Shown here piece after piece: positions 23,767 through 27,689 of a stretch of DNA of 27,689 nt; the stretch's first letter is position 1; each line of letters starts with the position of its first letter. A model generated the notes under the pieces. That model saw only the letters and a list, made by a program, of their open reading frames with translations. It was not told the DNA's origin and did no database searches. The position numbers and the translations under genes were made by a program. Source of the stretch: an uncultured archaeon (GTDB taxonomy: Archaea > Asgardarchaeota > Thorarchaeia > Thorarchaeales > Thorarchaeaceae). The DNA is taken from NCBI GenBank assembly GCA_964354495.1, contig CAYHAA010000023.1:1-27689 (forward strand). Direction: 5' to 3'.

Positions 23767-24570
23767 ATGACAGACAATTTCAAGAACTTCCAAATCATAA
23801 ACATCATCGCCGTGGTGTTCACTATTGTGATGAATGCTCTGGCCAACATACTACCCTTTAATGGTGTGAATACAGGAGCGGTTGCAGACTCGTTCCCTAA
23901 CTATTTCACTCCACCGGGTTATGTCTTCTCCATCTGGGGCGCAATCTACATCCTTCTTTTCGTCTTTGCATTCTACCAAGCAAAGAGGAGCCAGGTGAAT
24001 GAAGCATATCTTGGCAAGATTGGCTACCTGTATCTGATAGGTGCAATCCTGAATGTGTCCTGGCTGATTCTGTTCCACTATTCCTATGGAAACACTCCTC
24101 TATTACTGGCGAGTGAGTTCCTGATCGCGGGTTTCTTAGTCGTCCTGCTCCTGACCTATGTCAGACTCGGAATAGGAATCAAAGAGGTTCCTCTGATGCA
24201 GAAGCTGGCAATCCATCTTCCCACGAGTGTATACTTGGGATGGATCTCACTGGCAACTATTGCGAACACCGCAGCGCTTCTTAATGAAAATATGATAATA
24301 GCTGTGGATGTTCAAGTCCTCTGGACAGCCTTGGTCTTGATTGCTGCACTTCTGCTCTCCACCCTGATGATAGTGTTGAGAAGGGACATAGCCTATGGCC
24401 TTGTTGTGATCTGGGCCTCTGTGGGTATTGCATCAAAGTGGGTATCTATTCCACTGATCTCCAATACCGCCATCATCGTTGCAGTCGTTGTTGCACTGCT
24501 CATTCTGATAGTACCCATTATCAGGAAGAAGAACTGGGTCGATTACTACCTCGTTCGAAGACTCGAGTAG
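23767..24570 (+). CDS. TspO/MBR-like tryptophan-rich sensory membrane protein (extended, about 8 TM)
   Basis: FTPPGYVFSIWGAIY TspO-like motif, LNVSWL, YLGWISLATIAN, WA..GIA. AT-rich TATA region at 23727-23748. Confidence 0.8.
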   Translation: MTDNFKNFQIINIIAVVFTIVMNALANILPFNGVNTGAVADSFPNYFTPPGYVFSIWGAIYILLFVFAFYQAKRSQVNEAYLGKIGYLYLIGAILNVSWLILFHYSYGNTPLLLASEFLIAGFLVVLLLTYVRLGIGIKEVPLMQKLAIHLPTSVYLGWISLATIANTAALLNENMIIAVDVQVLWTALVLIAALLLSTLMIVLRRDIAYGLVVIWASVGIASKWVSIPLISNTAIIVAVVVALLILIVPIIRKKNWVDYYLVRRLE

Positions 24571-24617
24571 ACAGTTCTTGGTGAGAGGCAGGATTTCCTC
24601 TCACCAATCTACGTTTT

Positions 24618-27600
24618 TCAACTTTCATTCTCAACAGACTCAGAGGCTCGAATCAATTCGGAGCCAAACGGAGACTCATCCGTGGTCACAAGAAAATGGT
24701 TCTCCAGTGCAGTCATTATTGCCTTGTAGACTCGTCCCTCCTCTAGACCACATCTTGATATTTCTGAGGCAAGTTCTTCGAGTTTGAACTCGACTCCCTG
24801 CTTTCTGGCAATTCTCTCAAGGGCACATGTGTTGGTGGGCAGTTTCTTGGCCTCATCCAGCTTGTAGGTCCGGAGAAGTGCTCCATCGAGGATATCCTCG
24901 AACAACGTGTCGAATTGTGTCTTTGTATGCCTGTCAAGAACAATAATGGGCACATCATGAAGCGTTTCATCGAAGATGAATGCAACCGTCTTCGCAAATC
25001 GAATCATCCTCTCGCGCTGTTCTGGCGAGGGATTCCCTGTCGTGATGAATGCGCAGACCAGTCTGTTTGTGGAGATCACCCTGACAATATCTGAGATTGG
25101 GATGAGCCCCCATTCCTCAGAGGTCGACTCAATATCGAACTCCCCACGGAAGCTTGTGATTGCAGTGATGAATGCTGAGATTACGGTCTCTTCAAGACCG
25201 GCTCTGAGTATCTTGGAATACACGGGCAGGCCGCTCTCCTTGTGGAGGACAATCACGCCCAGCAGGCTCTTCACATCATCAAAACGCCTCTTCACTGCAA
25301 GAGCCTCTTTATTCTCTCGAATCCGTCTTCTCCTAGCTCTTCTTCTGTATACTAATCCAACACCAACTGCTGCAAGTAAGATTATGAATGGATAGTATCG
25401 GACTGTTGTGACCACGAGCATCGTCAATGCATCTCTTCCCGGCTGGAGCGGAACAGAGTATGCGGACTCTAGGACATAATTCTGAGCATCACAGGTGATT
25501 TGCAGTAGGTATACTCCCTCTGCTGCAGGCATGGATATGACTGTGCTGTACTCTCCAGCAATGCTTGTCTCGTCCATGGGAATTGAATCACCTAGTGCCC
25601 CGTTTGGATCAATGATGTAGCAGAATACCTTTACTCCACTCACAGGTGAGCCTGTGCCTGCTTCAGATAGTTTCACAATAATGGTGCTCTGACTCAACTC
25701 AGGTGCGCTCAGACCCTGCAAGACTTCGACAGTAATCGGTACTCTCTCGACAGTGAATGTCAATCTGTACGACGCCGTTTCAAAACCGGTCCTCTCGAAG
25801 GTCAGAATGACAAAGTGCTCCCCCAGTTCTTGGGGTGTGAGACTCACTGAATACTGCCCAGATCCCAGTTCAAGAACGCTAATCCAGTCAGCGCCCTCAC
25901 CAGACGCAAGAACACTGGCCCCTCGAATATAGCTGCTATTCGACTCGAAGATATAGTTGAAGGTGAATGTGTATGACCGGCCTACCAGGAGTGCCTCAAG
26001 TGGGCTTGCACCTTGAGCTGTTGCATCGATTCTTTCTACCTCGATGAAGAACTGCTTGGTTGCAATCCGAAAATCTGTCTTGTTTGCGACCACTGAGAGT
26101 ACCCATGATCCTATTGCGTTGCCTCGTATCGAAATGATGTAGAATCCAGAGTATTCCACTATTTGTATCTGCAAGTCCATGATATCGGAAGGAAGTGCAG
26201 TGATGTTCGCACCTTGAATCGCTGCAGAAGGACTCATTCGTTCATAGTATACCACCAGTTCATAGGGCTCTCCGAACGCTGCGATTGTTGAGGTGACATC
26301 TCCCTCGAAACGCAGAGATGTCTGAATCTCTGTCACAACAAGAGTGAATCCTGCACTCGAACTCTGATAATTGCTGGCAGTGGCTCTGAAGAGCAAGTCA
26401 AAGGTCCTGATCTCAGCGGATTGAACTGTGATATTGTACAAACCATCGCCGACTGACACAGCTCCTGACACTGTTACACCCGAGGGTGGATTGATCAGCG
26501 CGATGCTTGCGATATCGATTGTATTGAAGCTCTCATCCTGAAACCTCAATTGCAGGGTGAAAGTCTGGTTCATTGCGACTGTCGCACTTGATGGAAGTGA
26601 CGTGAGAATGGTGGGTATTCCACTTGCGGTCAACGTAAAGGTGGCGTATTGTGTTTCATGATTGAGGATGTCTGCCCTGACCACAATCGAGAATGTACCT
26701 GCTGATGCAGGCGTCAGGATTATCTCATAGCATCCTTCAGAGACTAGCGTGAAGTTGCCATAGGAAAGACCTGCCGCTGGCGTCACGGCGATAATCTGCA
26801 GGTTGGCTCCTGAAAGCCCATAACCTGTGCTATTCCGGTACTCCACCACAAGTCTATAGTTGCCTCCAAATATGAGGACATCTGCAGTACCATTCAGTAA
26901 TTCCAACTCACTTCCTGTTTCACCTATAATCAGTGTGAAGGAGTCTGTGGCATCGTAATGGAATGTTTTTGATAGAGTGATAGTGACCTCATATATCTCT
27001 GAGATATTGCAGGCAACATCTAGTGAATACGATCCATTGCCATAATCAGCAAATGATTGCCATGAAAGACCGCCTACTGGACCTGAGAATGTGACTGATA
27101 GTGTAGCTCCTGCCACACCGCTGCCATTCAGAAGTCTGTAGCTCAGTTGGACGCTGAATATCTCATTCAGCCCGGTCTGAATCGGGAGTGAGCCTGCATT
27201 CAGTATTTCTAATGCCGTTTGGAATACTGATATGACTGTGAACTGAGTTGTGACAGTGTCGAAATAGGGCATTGATGCATTCACAACCACAATGAACTGT
27301 CCACTGCCTATCAGAGATGTATCGAAGTCAGCTTCCCACCAGTTCTTGGCATAGTTTTGCGTGAATATGACTGTGGTAGAGGACCAATTCGCCACAATCG
27401 AGACGCTGTCATCTAACAAGTAGTCTCCTGTGTCTACATCTCTGAATGTGATTAGATTGGATATTACTTGACCATAATCTGCCTCTATCAAGGGGTAGTT
27501 AGCCGCTACTGAAGCTTGATGGTAGAGGTCAAAAGGCGCATACCCGTATGCGAGTTCTGTACCATTGTTCCAAAACGCTTCTACTGCCCATTCACCAGCA

Positions 27601-27689
27601 GAGGTGTTTGTCCCCGCGAATACCCATGATGAGCTATTTGCGTGCCCATTTATGATGTTAGATATCGAGTCAGAAGCCCATATTGTTCC
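24618..27689 (-). CDS. Giant single-pass membrane protein: tandem Ig-like repeats, TM, cytoplasmic longin-like and winged-helix-like domains (5' truncated by window edge)
   Basis: The frame stays open from 27491 to 27689 (GTIWASD...FWNNGTE...YP-LIEA). About seven ~95-100-aa beta-sandwich repeats with G.Y.h.h...G.h.h.h.A motifs. TM ending RRRARRRR. Longin-like LLGVIVLHKESGLPVY...ETVISAFITAITSF..EF. Confidence 0.88.
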   Translation of the reverse strand, partial: GTIWASDSISNIINGHANSSSWVFAGTNTSAGEWAVEAFWNNGTELAYGYAPFDLYHQASVAANYPLIEADYGQVISNLITFRDVDTGDYLLDDSVSIVANWSSTTVIFTQNYAKNWWEADFDTSLIGSGQFIVVVNASMPYFDTVTTQFTVISVFQTALEILNAGSLPIQTGLNEIFSVQLSYRLLNGSGVAGATLSVTFSGPVGGLSWQSFADYGNGSYSLDVACNISEIYEVTITLSKTFHYDATDSFTLIIGETGSELELLNGTADVLIFGGNYRLVVEYRNSTGYGLSGANLQIIAVTPAAGLSYGNFTLVSEGCYEIILTPASAGTFSIVVRADILNHETQYATFTLTASGIPTILTSLPSSATVAMNQTFTLQLRFQDESFNTIDIASIALINPPSGVTVSGAVSVGDGLYNITVQSAEIRTFDLLFRATASNYQSSSAGFTLVVTEIQTSLRFEGDVTSTIAAFGEPYELVVYYERMSPSAAIQGANITALPSDIMDLQIQIVEYSGFYIISIRGNAIGSWVLSVVANKTDFRIATKQFFIEVERIDATAQGASPLEALLVGRSYTFTFNYIFESNSSYIRGASVLASGEGADWISVLELGSGQYSVSLTPQELGEHFVILTFERTGFETASYRLTFTVERVPITVEVLQGLSAPELSQSTIIVKLSEAGTGSPVSGVKVFCYIIDPNGALGDSIPMDETSIAGEYSTVISMPAAEGVYLLQITCDAQNYVLESAYSVPLQPGRDALTMLVVTTVRYYPFIILLAAVGVGLVYRRRARRRRIRENKEALAVKRRFDDVKSLLGVIVLHKESGLPVYSKILRAGLEETVISAFITAITSFRGEFDIESTSEEWGLIPISDIVRVISTNRLVCAFITTGNPSPEQRERMIRFAKTVAFIFDETLHDVPIIVLDRHTKTQFDTLFEDILDGALLRTYKLDEAKKLPTNTCALERIARKQGVEFKLEELASEISRCGLEEGRVYKAIMTALENHFLVTTDESPFGSELIRASESVENES

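Noticed and set aside
1-27689. CRISPR array, tRNA/rRNA, transposase or integrase
   Set aside because: No regularly spaced 25-40-bp repeats, cloverleafs, rRNA signatures, or DDE/tyrosine/serine recombinase motifs were seen by eye. A computational scan was not run.

Overview
Archaeal chromosome fragment, most likely Asgard archaea (Candidatus Thorarchaeota-like). This is an inference from the archaeal-type uS19, the histone fold and a giant Ig-repeat/TM/longin membrane protein. Contents in order: (i) a left-edge-truncated LAGLIDADG-like ORF plus an unknown partner; (ii) a stand-alone rps19 (uS19), a TPR protein and a small DPM2-like membrane protein; (iii) an etfB-etfA operon of bifurcating type with a 2x[4Fe-4S] ferredoxin fused to EtfA; (iv) an accessory stretch (about 5.6-11.2 kb) of unrelated small genes; (v) a short alpha3-truncated, face-to-face-type histone with a Lys-rich N-tail; (vi) a wHTH regulator operon whose two products end in the same acidic-Trp motif; (vii) a TM287/288-type heterodimeric ABC exporter, flavodoxin and nth; (viii) a membrane-anchored wHTH regulator next to a surface glycoprotein, a TIM-barrel isomerase, a membrane-anchored secreted protein and a TspO-like protein; (ix) the right-edge-truncated receptor-like longin protein. 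The strongest sequence-level observation is a second copy of the last 33 bp of etfA at 7206-7238, which differs only at synonymous positions and carries its own terminator. It brackets a 1.64-kb lower-GC segment that looks inserted at the etfA 3' end. No tRNA, rRNA, CRISPR array, integrase or transposase was recognised. All family calls come from motif recognition by eye; no database searches were run.
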